This document shows positions 24,655 to 37,488 of a DNA stretch of 64,000 bases, piece after piece. The DNA is from Octopus sinensis (lineage: Eukaryota), in assembly GCF_006345805.1 (NCBI RefSeq), contig NC_043014.1:49228001-49292000 (forward strand). The letters are read 5' to 3'. Made by a program: the position numbers and the translations under genes. Position 1 is the first letter of the stretch. The number at the start of each line of letters is the position of its first letter. The notes beneath the pieces are model-generated. The model did not search any database, was not told where the DNA came from, and saw only the letters and a list, made by a program, of their open reading frames with translations.

Positions 24655-25609
24655 ACTACCAGAACAGTGAGGTGGTAAGATCGGTAAAGATCAGCCGGTA
24701 TATTTTGCATTAGTTAGATACTCTTTTTACATTCTTAGTTCAAATCTCGCCGAGGTTAACTTTTCCTTTCGGCCTTCCAGGGTCGATAAAGTAAAATTCA
24801 AGTCAAGAACTGAAATCGATTTAATCAATTAAACCCTCCCCTCCCATAATTTTTTTGTTTGTATTATGCCAATATTAGAGATCGATATTTAAATCTACAT
24901 TTAATTTGATCTTTGTCATCGAATGTCTTGTTTCTGGTTATGTACAAAGCTGGGTTCGAACTCGGAACTTTATTTCTTAATTAATCGAAGTAAAACAATA
25001 ACTTTCTTATTCTCTGTGGCACTGCCGCATGTATATTCTTATACTTGTTTCAGTCATTTGACTGCAGCCAAGCTGGAGCACCTTTTCCTGGTTCGAATCC
25101 AGGTGATCGAACATATTCAAACTTAGTGTAAATATTGATTTTCCACAGAAGCACATGGTAACACATTGAAGCGATGTCACAGCTGACTAAGCATTCACAA
25201 TAATATATATTAGATATTTAATTATTTTAATTTAGCATTTGTTTTCCTGTCGATAATTATGATTAAAACTAACGGACTAGATGCTTTCTTTGCAATATCT
25301 GGTTCAATATTTGTTTGACTCTACTTCACTTTGTTTTTGACTTTCAATAACATGCCAGTAACACATTAAAAAAAAGGCATAAAGTTAATTTTATTACATA
25401 TAGAGCACGTACGTATTTGCTATATGAATAATACAAAGCCACATTAAAAAACAATAGTCATGATTCTTCCATAATATAAGTTTTTTCAAAAGAAAGGCAA
25501 AGAAAAGAAAAAAGAGAAGAAACAAGAAAAAAAACATCAATGCAGCATCAAGAGTTTCAAATTGGTCCGGGCATCAGCTGATACCTCGGTAAGGCAACAA
25601 CAGTGAGAA

Positions 25610-25820
25610 GAACTTCGCGGCGAAATGCTTAGCGGTATTTCGTCTGCGTTACGTTGTGAGTTCAAATTCCGCCGAGGTCGACTTTGCCTTTCATCCTTTC
25701 GGGGTCGATAAATTAAGTACCAGTTACGCACTGGGGTCGATGTAATCGACTTAATACCTATGTCTGTCCTTGCTTGTCCCCTCTATGTTTAGCCCCTAGT
25801 GGGTAATAAAGAAATAGGTT
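25610..25820 (+). mobile_element. SINE family B, 5'-truncated
   Basis: Body and tail match family B. Confidence 0.85.
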
Positions 25821-27094
25821 AGGGTAGCCCAGTCCCTCCAAACGCACATTATGTAACGCGTACATTCGGTCGATTTTTCCCGGCCTCACTTTGTTCACCG
25901 GTGATGGATTTCGTCTTTGATCCCTATTGATTCGATAAAATAGAGGAATATATTTTGTTTAAGACCTTTTATTTTAACGTAAAGGCATGCTTTCAGTTTA
26001 CGATCACAAATCGAAAGTAGAAAAATTTGTAAGCAATTGGTATTTTTCAAACATGAAATCTATAGAAAAAAAACTTTAAAAAAAGTTTAAAACAAAATAA
26101 TGGGTAGAGATGGGAGAAATTAAAAGCTTGAAAAGCAGTTTTTCTTTTCCTTTCTATCATTTTTTTGGTGGGAATGGTAATTTTGCCCGGCGTGCTAACG
26201 ATTCTGCCAGCTCGCCGCCTTCGCAAACCGAATGAATACCATCATAGATATTGTACCGAAGTCTACAACACTATAATCAGAGAGAGGGGGGATTTTGTTT
26301 TAGAGGGAGGAGAGAGGGGAAGTTTGTGTAAAAGAGAGAGAGGAAGTTAGTGTATAAGAGAGACGGAGTTTGTGTAAGAGATGTAAGAGTTTGTGTGTGT
26401 GAGAGAGAGAGAAAGCAGTAGTTTTTGAAAGAACATGAACCCTGTACTCGGACTAAAGTCTCAACACAACAATCAACAGAAGATCCTCCCAATATAAAAG
26501 CACAACGTGCAGCACACTTTATAATTTCTAAGTTAGAAATAAGAACAAATAATTTGTGTATGTGTGTGTGGTGGTGGGGGAAGTAAGGTCAATTATATTG
26601 ATCTGCAGCAGATCAATCGGTATTTCATCTGCCGTTATCTGGCAGAAACGTTAGCACTCCGGGTGAAATGCTTAGCAGTATTTCGTCTGCCGCAACGTTC
26701 TCAGTTCAAATTCCGCCGAGGTCAACTTTGCCTTTCATCCTTTTGGGGTCGATTAAATAAGTACCAGTTACGCACTGGAGTCGATATTATCGACTTAGTC
26801 CGTCTGTCTGTCCTTGTTTGTCCCCTCTGTGTTTAGCCCCTTGTGGGTAGTAAAGAAATAGGTATTTCATCTGCCGTTACTTTCTGAGTTCAAATTCCAC
26901 TGAAGTCGACTTTGCCTTTCATTCTTTCAGGGTCGATAAGTTAAGTACCAGTTGCATACTGGGGTCGATCTAATCGACTGGCCCCCTCCCCTAAAAAATT
27001 TCACACCTTGTGCCTAGAGTAGTGAAGAAAACTCTGATGATTGAAACAAGTGAAAGATAGAAATTAAGGGAAGATGCTTTTATCCAAGTGAATC

Positions 27095-27400
27095 ATCATC
27101 GTTTAACGTCCGTTTTCTATGCTGGCATGGGTTGGACGGTTCGAACCGGGGTCTGGGAAGCCAGAAGGCTGCACCAGGCTCCAGTCTGATCTGGCAGTGT
27201 TTCTACAGCTGGATGCCCTTCCTAATGCCAATCACTCCGTGAGTGTAGTGGGTGCTTTTTATGTGCCACCAGCACAGGGGCCAGAGGAGGCTGGCGAATG
27301 GCCACGATCGGTTGGTGCTTTTTATGAGTCACCGACACGGACACGTAAAAAGCACCAACCGATCGTGGCCGTTTGCCAGCCTCCTCTGACCCCTGAGAGG
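27095..27400 (-). mobile_element. RTE LINE 3' UTR fragment
   Basis: CATCATCGTTTAACGTCC...GGATGCCCTTCCTAATGCC. Confidence 0.8.
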
Positions 27401-27560
27401 AACCACAGAAGTAAACTCTAACAAAGTAAATGGAAACACATTCTTGGACAGTCTTTTTGGGGTTGTTTTCTGTTTATGTTGCAATGTATTAATTAATAAA
27501 AATTGTTTTATTTTTCTCTTCCAGTAAATAAAAAAAAAATAAAGGATTAAAGAAGTAAAA

Positions 27561-27571
27561 ATGGATTCAAA
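27561..27571 (+). CDS. HDAC10: HDAC10-like coding exon 1 (exon 27525-27571 with ATG)
   Basis: TTTTTCTCTTCCAG acceptor at 27524; ATG GAT TCA AA|GTAAGT; phase 2 joins the next exon to give MDSNSTGFIY. Confidence 0.75.
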
Positions 27572-29064
27572 GTAAGTAAAAATATTTAAGTGACAACATT
27601 TTCTTTTTCCTCTCATACTTTATCATGAACATCAGTTTTATCTGTTGCATCTTAGATGATTGGGCACAGTTTTTCGGATGCTGATGGTTTGGCAGGGCTG
27701 TGTGGACATTTAACTTCTTGTGACAACTACATTTTGGTACTAGAAGCAGACACACACACACTCACGTACACTTACACACATATGCATACATGTGCACACA
27801 GATACACATATAGATATATATAGCTACATGGTTTCGGTTCAGTCCCACTGCGTGGAACTTTGGGCAGGTGTCTTCCACTATAGCCCCGAGTCGACCGAAG
27901 CTTTGTGATTGAATTCGGTAGGCGGAAGTTACTGCCGTGTGTGTATGTGTGCATGTAGGTGCTCAGTGCCTCTCTGAAAGAGAGAGAGATGTTACAGTTT
28001 ATTTATTGAACAAGATTCTGTACTGGTGTCACGTATGAATCACTGGCACTGGTGCCACATAAAAAGATCCAGTGCACTCGGTAAAGTGGATGGCACTAGG
28101 AAGGACATCCAACTGTAGAAATCATGCTAAAGCAGGCAATTGCAGCCTGGTACAACTTTCCAGGTGGCCAGCACCTGTCAAACTGTCGAACCCATGCCAG
28201 CATAGAAAATGGACGTTAAAGGATGATGATGATGGCACAAGACCAGCAATTTTAGGGGAGGCGGAAGTCAATTACTTCGACCCCAGCATTCAACTGGTAC
28301 TTATTTTATCGAAAGGCAAAGTCAGCTTCAGTGGAATTTGAACTCAGAACATTAAGATAGACAAAATGTTGTTAAGTATTTGGCCCAGTGAGCTAACAAT
28401 CCTTCCAGCTTACGATCATCATCGTTATCATTTAATATCCATTTTCATGCTAGCATGGGTTGGACGGTTCGACCAAGTCTGGGAAGCCAGGAGGCTGCAC
28501 CAGGCACCAGTCTGATCTGGCAGTGTTTCTACAGCTGGATGTCCTTCCTAACGCCAACCACTCCGAGAGTGTAGTGGGTGCTTTTTATGTGCCATTGGCA
28601 CATATGTGTGCGTGCGTGTGTGTTTGTCCTCAACCACCACTTGACAAACCAATGTTGGTGTGTTTAGCAGTTTGATAAAAGGGACTGGTAGAATAAGTAT
28701 TAGGTTTACCAAAAAAAATAAATATATAAGTACTGGGGGTTAATTCATTTGACTAAAAATTCTTCAGGGTGGTGCCACAGCTTGGTCACAGTCTAATATC
28801 TAAAACAAGAAAAAGGTAAAAGATACACACACACACACACATCAAATTTAATACGCATCCAAAAGAGCTACCAATAGTTTCATGCTATTGTGATTCTTGA
28901 ACAGACATATTCATAAAATACGCTGTGTATCTTAAAGCAGTCTTTCAGGCCCTGTTTATGCACTATAAGGTATAAAACTGTTTATCACCATGTAACTGTT
29001 CATCGCTCTCTCTATAGCCTGCTTATTGCTGTATAACCGACTGCTTTGTTTTTGAATGTTTTAG

Positions 29065-29209
29065 CTCAACTGGTTTCATTTACAACCCAGAAATGACCAA
29101 ACATGAGTGTTTTTGGATCCCTGACTTTACAGAACAGCCACAGCGAGTTATCCAGCCCTTTAAACGATGTAATGAACTAAACCTTATTGAAAGATGTCAA
29201 CAACTTGAT
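29065..29209 (+). CDS. HDAC10: HDAC10-like coding exon 2
   Basis: STGFIYNPEMTKHECFWIPDFTEQPQRVIQPFKRCNELNLIERCQQLD; AG/GT boundaries; class IIb N-terminal motif. Confidence 0.9.
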
Positions 29210-29283
29210 GTAAGAATTATCTGCTTTGTTACCTTATTTCTGTGGAAACACATGACTTTTGTTTTAATTAATTTAAAAAATAA

Positions 29284-29664
29284 CTAGCAGTATCGGGTTT
29301 GTTTCGACCCTTTAGAATTATAATTTTTGAAAAGTAAAAATTTTGCATTATGTAGCTTGTTATTCTCTTTAAGTGAACATTTTTCTGGTTGAAATACACT
29401 GAAAAATGGCAACACAGCAGTCAAAAAATTGTAAAAATTAGGGATTTTCATAGAAAAAAAAGCATCTTTTTGATGTAAATAATTTTTGGTGTTAACATGG
29501 TCTGATTTGAATTTTTTCTTCTACAGAAAGAAGAGCAAGCCTTCTTCTATCATACTCTCAATTTTGGTCAACTTGTGCCGCAGGGTCTCGGAGGAGATAG
29601 TGTTAGTTGAAGGCTACCAAACCTGCCATACACAGACAACTTCAGCTTTATATATTTAGAGAGA
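29284..29664 (-). mobile_element. Non-autonomous Helitron (3' hairpin deleted)
   Basis: Reverse complement of the 15674-16062 family with TC and CTAG ends; the GCAACGCCGGG hairpin segment is missing. Confidence 0.7.
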
Positions 29665-29820
29665 TAAAGAATTTTGTGAAATAGCTTTGTCATCATTAAG
29701 TTGGCATTTGAAAAATAAATAAATTGACATGAAATTTCGATGGCAGGTTTTGATTAAGATCAATTAAGAACTGGCAGTTAGGATTCACCATTTAGTATTT
29801 ATTTGTGAAATTTATGCTTA

Positions 29821-29984
29821 CCGTAAATCCTCGAGTTTAGTCCGCCCTTGAGTATAATACACAGGTGATTTTTAGGGAGCTGTACCTCTGAAAATCCTAA
29901 ACCTTGTGTATAATACGCAACCCCTTCTCTAACTTGAGTCAAGGAGGTCTATATAACGTCCTTGGTTTGTAAAAATGTATACGG
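29821..29984. mobile_element. Possible Tc1/pogo-type MITE
   Basis: TA|CCGTAAAT...ATACGG|TA ends. Confidence 0.4.
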
Positions 29985-30171
29985 TAACGTCCTTTATTAT
30001 TATTGTACATATAACATAATGCAAACGTGTAGCTTTTTTGTGCATTTTGTTTGCAGAAAATAAAGAAATAACAGTAATAACATTTAATAAATGTTGTTTA
30101 CTGCAAGTTATGGATGATTCTTTTATGACTTCATTGCTTTCAGGCTTAGCTTAAGGTATTTTTTAATACTT

Positions 30172-30206
30172 ACACTATCATCATCACCATCATCATCATC
30201 ATCACC

Positions 30207-30237
<31 letters not shown>

Positions 30238-30374
30238 CCATTGTCATCATCATCACCATCATCACCATTGTCATCATCATCACCATCATCATCATCACCA
30301 TCATCATCACCATCGTCATCATCATCACCGTCATCATCATCACCATTGTCATCATCATCACCATCATCACCATC

Positions 30375-30405
<31 letters not shown>

Positions 30406-30457
30406 CCATCATCATCATCATCGTCGTCATCATCATCACCATCGTCATCATCATCAT
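30172..30457. repeat. (CAT/CAC)n cryptic trinucleotide tract fused to an RTE tail
   Basis: Contiguous with the RTE 3' end at about 30455-30620 (minus). Confidence 0.9.
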
Positions 30458-30713
30458 TTTTTAACATCCATTCTCCATGCTGGCATGGGTTGGACAGTTT
30501 GACAGGAGCTGTCCAGACTCCAGCTGTCTCTTGTGGCATGGTTTCTATGGCTGGATGACCTTTCTAATGCCAACCACTTTACAGAGTGTACTGGGTGCTG
30601 TTTATGTTCCACAGGCACAGATGCATTTATGCAGCGTCAGTTCATGCTGCAAGCTAACTCACATGTTGGAAAAGACGGTAGTTATTTAAAATCGTACAAA
30701 TCAAAATAAGCAC

Positions 30714-31254
30714 AGGAGTGGCTATGTGGTAAGTAGCTTGCTAACCAACCACATGGTTCCGGGTTCAGTCCCACTGCGTGGCATCTTGGGCAAGTGTCTT
30801 CTGCTATAGCCTCGGGCCGACCAGAGCCTTGTGAGTGGATTTGGTAGACGGAAACTGAAAGAAGCCTGTCGTATATATGTATATATATATATATATGCGT
30901 GTTTGTGTTTCTGTGTTTGTCCCCCAAACATTGCTTGATAACCGATGCTGCTATGGCCCCGGGCTGACCAATGCCTCGTGAGTTGATTTGGTAGACGGAA
31001 ACTGAAAGAAGCCTGTCGTGTATATGTATATATATGTGTGTGTGTTTTTGTGTGTCTGTGTTTGTCCCCCTAGCATTGCTTGACAACCGATGCTGGTGTG
31101 TTTACGTCCCCGTCACTTAGCAGTTCGGCAAAAGAGACCGATAGAATAAGTACTGGGCTTACAAAGAACAAGTCCCGGGGTCGATTTGCTTGACTAGCGG
31201 TGGTGCTCCAGCATGGCCGCAGTCAAATGACTGAAACAAGTAAAAGAGTAAGAG
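30714..31254 (+). mobile_element. SINE family A with internal partial duplication
   Basis: Body segment repeated at about 30950-31030; ends about 60 bp before the next HDAC exon. Confidence 0.9.
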
Positions 31255-31314
31255 TATACACTTGTTATTTAAACAATGGTCACATTCTGAGATTCTTTTT
31301 TTTTTCACTTTCAG

Positions 31315-31452
31315 AGCTGTGTGGGAACAGAAGAAATGGCACTTTTACAACACAGCAAAAATTTGATTGATTCTCTGATTAAAACAGAGGAAATGGATAA
31401 CGAGGAATTAAAAGAGTTTTCCACTAAATACGACAGTCTTTACTTTCATAAG
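31315..31452 (+). CDS. HDAC10: HDAC10-like coding exon 3
   Basis: SCVGTEEMALLQHSKNLIDSLIKTEEMDNEELKEFSTKYDSLYFHK; phase 0/0. Confidence 0.92.
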
Positions 31453-31537
31453 GTAAAGTGTAATTTCAGTATATTTTTTATAAAATGAAACATTACAAGC
31501 ATAGATAAACATGCCAGTGTACGCCCGCAAAGACTTG

Positions 31538-31720
31538 TACTCCTTCACTTGTTTCAGTCATTTGACTGTGGCCATGCTGGAGCACTGCCTTTAGTTGGGC
31601 AAATCGACCCCAGGACTTATTCTTTGTAAGCCTAGTACTTATTCTTTCGGTCTCTTTTGCCGAACCGCTAAGTTACGGGGACGTAAAAACACCAGTATTG
31701 GTTGTCAATACAGACACACA
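31538..31720 (-). mobile_element. SINE family A, 3' half
   Basis: Reverse-complement tail; a 5' half follows at about 31920-32072. Confidence 0.85.
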
Positions 31721-32169
31721 AACATATACATACACATACATATACATATATATATATAGATTAATCAGCCGAAATTGCAAAGATGATCCGGTTCTTGACT
31801 GAAGATTGAAGGCTTCGAATGTCCCGTCCGTGTTTTTTGTATCGTCTTCTAAATGTTTCACGTTCTTGTCCCAGTTTGTATTTTTTTACATTTACATATT
31901 TATATATATATACATATACATGTATGATGGGCTTCTTTCAGTTTCTGTCTACCAAATCCACTCACAAGGCTTTGGTCGGCCCGAGGCTATAGTAGAAGAC
32001 ACTCGCCCAAGGTGCCATGCAGTGGGACTGAACCCAGAACCATGTGGTTGGTAAGCAAGCTACTTACCACACGCTGTTGATAGGTCCACAACCTTTTGAC
32101 TTTACTCCTTACACTGCCAGACATGTTTTCAGGGATGACTGGAAAGGATTGACATTGCTTGTTTGATGG

Positions 32170-32460
32170 TGAAGCACAATGGCTTAGTGGTTAGGGGCAT
32201 TCAGTTTACAGTTGTAAGGTCATGAGTTCAATTCCCAGCAACGTGTTGTGTCCTTCAGCATGGTACTTTATTTCATGTTGCTTCAGTTCACTTAGCTGGC
32301 AAGAAGGAGTTATATCTGTATTTCAAAGAGGCCAGCCTTGTCGCATTCTGTGTGATGCTGAATCTCGTTGAGAACCACACCAAGGGTCCACACATCTGTG
32401 GGGTACTCAGCCACTTGCACATTAATTTCATGAGCTGGCTGTTCTGTTGATCAGATCAGC
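32170..32460 (+). mobile_element. Older tRNA-headed SINE (family E)
   Basis: TGGCTTAGTGGTTAG A-box and GAGTTCAATTCC B-box; related diverged copies near 19540-19700, 40640-40870 and 55760-55970. Confidence 0.55.
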
Positions 32461-32533
32461 AGGAACTGACAGAGTGCCAGTGAGATACACACATACACAC
32501 ATACGTCAACCAAGGAAAGCTATGCTCAGCTAT

Positions 32534-32949
32534 TACTCTTTTAATCTTTTACTTGTTTCAGTCATTTGACTGCGGCCATGCTGGAGCACCGCCTTTAATC
32601 GAGCAACTCGACCCCGGGACTTATTCTTTTGTAAGACCAGTACTTATTCTATCGGTCTCTTTTGCCGAACCGCTAAGTAACGGGGACATAAACACACCAG
32701 CATCGGTTGTCAAGCGATGTTGGGAGGACAAACACAGACGCACAAACACACACACGCATATATATATATATATATACATATATACGACGGGCTTCTTTCA
32801 GTTTCCGTCTACCAAATCCACTCACAAGACTTTGGTCAGCCCGAGACTATAGTAGAAGACACTTGCCCAAGGTGCCACGCAGTGGGACTGAACCCGGAAC
32901 CATGTGGTTGGTAAACAAGCTACTTACCACACAGCCACTCCTGCGCCTA
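32534..32949 (-). mobile_element. SINE family A, full length
   Basis: Complete reverse-complement copy. Confidence 0.9.
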
Positions 32950-33389
32950 TGCATACATATATACAAGTTTACATATACACATCAGTATAAGCCCCAAAGA
33001 ACCCCTTCAGTGCTTCAGGTACAGAAATTTTTCTGGAAGTAACGAAGAGGCTTTCTCCATAAACTGTTTCAAATATAAATTCGAATGAAATTTCAGAGTA
33101 ATGGCAGTTTAACTAAGGGAGAAAACTTTTGTTTCTTCTTGCTGAAATAATGTGTTTCTACGTAGCATGCTTTTTTTTAAAATAGATTTAAAACATTTAA
33201 TATATAATAATAATGAAGTTATTGTATATAGTGCTCAGGTGCACCACAACTTGTCAAAAGTGTGTATAAAGTGTGTATAATTTGGGTAACAACAATATTT
33301 GAGGAACCAAAGACGGGTGGAGGGAATATACGATTGTACACTACATGAGATGTAGAACAGGAACAACCAGATGGATTTGCTAAATTTCA

Positions 33390-34021
33390 CCGAGGAAATG
33401 ACTAGAGAATGAGACCTATGGAAGTATGCTGTGCGTGAGAAGACCCGGCAGGACAAGTGAGGCCATAATCCCGTGGCCTATACCTGGGATGTAGCCAGCC
33501 CACTTATGCATTCCTTTCCTTCTTGGGACACAAAACCCCACTTATGAAGACCTGTTGAGGCAAGTGAAAATCAAAATCATAATCTATCAACGTAAGAAAC
33601 CATCCAAACGTGGCTATAGCCAGCGCCACCCGACTGGCCTCCGTGCCGGTGGCACGTAAAAAGCACCATCCGACCGTGGCCGTTGCCAGCTTTGTCTGGT
33701 CCCCATGCTGGTGGCACATAAAAAGCACCATCCGTTCGTGTCTGTTGCCAGCCTCGCCTGGCCCCGTGCCAGTGGCACATAAAAAGCACCATCCATCTGT
33801 GGCCGTTTGCCAGCTCCGTCTGGCACCTGTGCGGGTGGCACGTAAAAAGCACCCACTACACTCATGGAGTGGTTGGCGTTAGGAAGGGCATCCAGCCATA
33901 GAAACACTGCCAGATCAGACTGGGCCTGGTGCAGCCTCCATGGCTTCCCAGACCCCAGTTGAACCGTCCAACCCATGCCAGCATGGAAAGCGGACGTTAA
34001 ACGATGATGATGATGATGATG
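33390..34021 (+). mobile_element. RTE LINE 3' fragment
   Basis: EEMTRE*DLWKYAVREKTRQDK*, then 3' UTR with four about 62-bp internal repeats and a (GAT)n tail. Confidence 0.85.
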
Positions 34022-34122
34022 TATCTCTATCAGTTTTACAGGTTATTTTTTTTATTGTTTCGTATATCCATGTCATAAACGTTTAAAGCCTAGTTTTATT
34101 TCGTTTCTCCTTACCATTTCAG

Positions 34123-34194
34123 GACACTAACAAATGTGCTTGGATAGCACTTGGCTGTACAGTGAAACTTGTTGATAAAGTTATTGAAAACGAG
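34123..34194 (+). CDS. HDAC10: HDAC10-like coding exon 4
   Basis: DTNKCAWIALGCTVKLVDKVIENE; CAG/GTAAGA. Confidence 0.92.
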
Positions 34195-35263
34195 GTAAGA
34201 GATTTTCCTAAAGAAATATTTATCTAAAAAGAGGATGAAGTGAGGAATGAGTTTAATTGTTGGCATCTTGCAACATGTATGATGCATCATCTAACACATT
34301 AAACAACTCTCACAGCATATACACCATGCAGTCGTCCTCACAACCATTACAACACTTACATCACATACTTTTCTACTCTAGGCACAAGGCCCGAAATTTT
34401 GTGGGAGGGGGCCAGTTGATTAGATCGACCCCAGTATGCAACTGGTACTTAATTTATCGACCCCAAAAGGATGAAAGGCAAAGTCGACCTGGGCGGAATT
34501 TGAACTCAGAACGTAGCAGCAGACGAAATACCTGTTTCTTTACTACCCACAAGGGGCTAAACACAGAGAGGACAAACAAGGACAGACATAGGTATTAAGT
34601 AGATTACATCGACCCCAGTGCGTAACTGGTACTTAATTTATCAACCCCGAAAGGATGAAAGGTAAAGTCGACCTCGGCAGAATTTGAACTCACAACGTAA
34701 CGGCAGACGAAATACCGCTAAGCGTTTCGCCCTGCATGCTAACGTTTCTGCCAGATCGCCGCTTTCAATAGAAAATATGGAACACTTCACGAATTTGCGT
34801 GTCATCCTTGCACAGGGGCCATGCTAGTCTTCTCTGTATCGTTCCAATTTGAGAATATGTACCGCCGTACAGCTCATTGTATTGTACATACACTATACAA
34901 CAAGCAGATGAAACATTAAAATACTATCACTACCACCACCACCACCACCACCACCACCACCACTATTGTCTTCAGCAGGAGCAGCAGCAGCAGTAGTAGT
35001 AGTAGTAGTAATAATAATAATAAGGCGGTGAACTGGCAGAATCGCTAGCATACTGGGAGAAATGCTTAGTGGTATTTCGTCTTCCACTACGTTCTGAGTT
35101 CAGATTCCGCCAGGTTGACTTTGCGTTCACCCTTTCGGAGTCGATTAAATAAGTACAAAGTATACACTGGGGTCGATGTAATCGACTTATTCCCCTCCTC
35201 CCCAGCTGCCCTTGTGGCAAAAATTTGAAATCATTATTATTGTTATTATCATTATTTTTATTA

Positions 35264-35330
<67 letters not shown>

Positions 35331-35375
35331 AATTATCATTATCATTATTATTATTATTTTTTCTCTTATTCACAG

Positions 35376-35401
35376 ATAAGGAATGGATTTGCCTTAGTGA
35401 G
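35376..35401 (+). CDS. HDAC10: HDAC10-like coding exon 5 (26-nt microexon)
   Basis: IRNGFALV(R); CACAG/GTAAGA; supplies the segment before RPPGHH. Confidence 0.9.
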
Positions 35402-36049
35402 GTAAGAGTAAAACCCTTTATTTTATTAAGGCTTTGTCAGTGAAATGAGGCGGACAGTGGCCTTGGATTTTGAAGGCGTTTGGAAATTGAGTGGGGTAAA
35501 AAGGGAAGAAGACCCCTAACCCCACTGCACCCATTCCCTCCTGATGAATGTCTTATCCTCAGATCAGAGATATCTGGGCCTGAATACCTAAAAATAGAAG
35601 GGTATTTGGACCACATCCTTTTGTCTCTGGTGAGAATATTTCTCCATAACAAACTGCAGTGTAAATCCTTTTTACAGGTCCAAATAAATATCTCTCATGC
35701 ATGCATGTATGTAAAGTGTACCAAAAAGGGTGTTATAAACACTTACATTGCTAGAAATAAGAGCTAAACACTTTAATACATATGTATGTATTAGAATAAA
35801 CACAAAACCAAAGGTTGATAGTTTGAATGCATTTAGTACACATGTTTCTAGTGGTTATTTAAGATAACTCTTATGTAATACCATTTGGGAAAATGGCAGA
35901 CATTGTCTCACAAGCAGTTGTGCAGGCAAAAGTGTTAGTAAATGTGGTTGGATTGACCTGAAAATTTCCACACCTATGTTAAAAGTGCTGGGGAGTTTGC
36001 ATGGCAACTTTGAGTTTGCTCAATTGAAAGGTGTGTGTGTATATATATA

Positions 36050-36955
36050 TATCATCATCATCATCATCATCTTCGTTTAACGTCTGCTTTCCATGCTAGC
36101 ATGGGTTGGACGGTTCAACTGGGGTCTGGGAAGCCAGACGGCTGCATCAGGCCCAGTCTGATCTGGCAATGTTTCTACGGCTGGATGCCCTTCCTAACGC
36201 CAACCACCCCGTGAGTGTAGTGGGTGCTTTTTACGTGCCACTAGCACAGGTGCCAGATGAGGCTGGCAAACAGCCACGATTGGATGGTGCTTTTTACGTG
36301 CCACCGGCACGGGGGCCAGGCGAGGCTGACAACAGCCACGAACAGATGGTGCTTTTTACGTGCCACCAGCATGAGGCCAGTCGTGGCGGCACTGGCAACG
36401 GCCACGTTCGGATTGTTCTCTTATGTGCCACCGGCACTGGTATCATAGCTGCAATTTCCATTGATGTTGATCGATTTCGATTCTCACTTGCCTCAACAGG
36501 TCTTCACAAGTAGAGTTTTGTGTCCCCAGAAGGAAAGGTATGCATAAGTGGACTGGTACAACCCGGGTTATGGTCTCACTTGTCCTGCCGGGTCTTCTCA
36601 TGCACAGCACACTTCCAAAGGTCTCGGTCTCTAGTCATTTCCTCAGTGAGACCTAAAGTTCGAAGGTCATGCTTCACCACCTCGTCCCAGGTTTTCCTGG
36701 GTCTGCCTCTTCCACAGGTTCCCTCAACCACTAGGGTATGGCACTTTTTCACACAACTATCTTCATCCATTCTCGCCACATGCCCATACCAGCGCAAACG
36801 TCTCTCTTGCACACCACAACTGATGCTTCTTAGGTCCAGCCTTTCTCTCAAGGTACTTACACTCTGTCGAGTATGAACACTGACATTACACATCCATCGG
36901 AGCATACTGGCTTCATTTCTTGCGAGCTTACGCATATCCTCAGCAGTCACGGCCC
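36050..36955 (-). mobile_element. RTE-clade LINE, 5'-truncated
   Basis: ORF 36576-36950 ...ERRLRWYGHVARMDEDSCVKKC...GRGRPRKTWDEVV... is the RTE RT C-terminus; (GAT)n tail; TA-rich site. Confidence 0.92.
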
Positions 36956-37225
36956 ATATATATATTTATATCAAGGGCATTACTATACATAAATACCTCA
37001 CGCTAGGAGGGACACTTAAAGTCAAAACTACCATCTCTCCTAGAATGAGGCATTTATGTATAGTAATGCCCTTGATATAAATAAATATATTTAAAAGGAA
37101 TAATTAATAAATTCTTCCCTTATGAGGTTTTTCACGCTAATTACTTGATAAATTCTTATAAAGATTTTATCCTATTTTTCAATTGTATGTATATATATAC
37201 GGCAAAAAAGCAGAAAGTGATCATT

Positions 37226-37397
37226 AGGCGTAGGAGTGGCTGTGTGGTAAGTAGCTTGCCTACCAACCACATGGTTCCAGGTTCACTCCCAGTGCGTGGC
37301 ACCTTGTGCAAGTGTCTTCCGCTATAGCCTCGCGCCGACCAATGCCTTGTGAGTGGATTTGGTAGACGGAAACTCAAAGAAGCCTGTCATATATATG

Positions 37398-37488
<91 letters not shown>

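Noticed and set aside
25460-25590. Lys-rich frame ending CG|GTAAGG as the first HDAC coding exon
   Set aside because: No in-frame ATG and an upstream stop; 27525-27571 has a better acceptor, ATG, GTAAGT donor and the correct phase.
31770-31830. CTGAAGA...TTCGAATGTC as another hammerhead
   Set aside because: No GAAA core and no convincing stem II.
33600-33860. Constant motif with variable spacers as a CRISPR array
   Set aside because: The spacers are homologous to each other and lie in an RTE 3' UTR.
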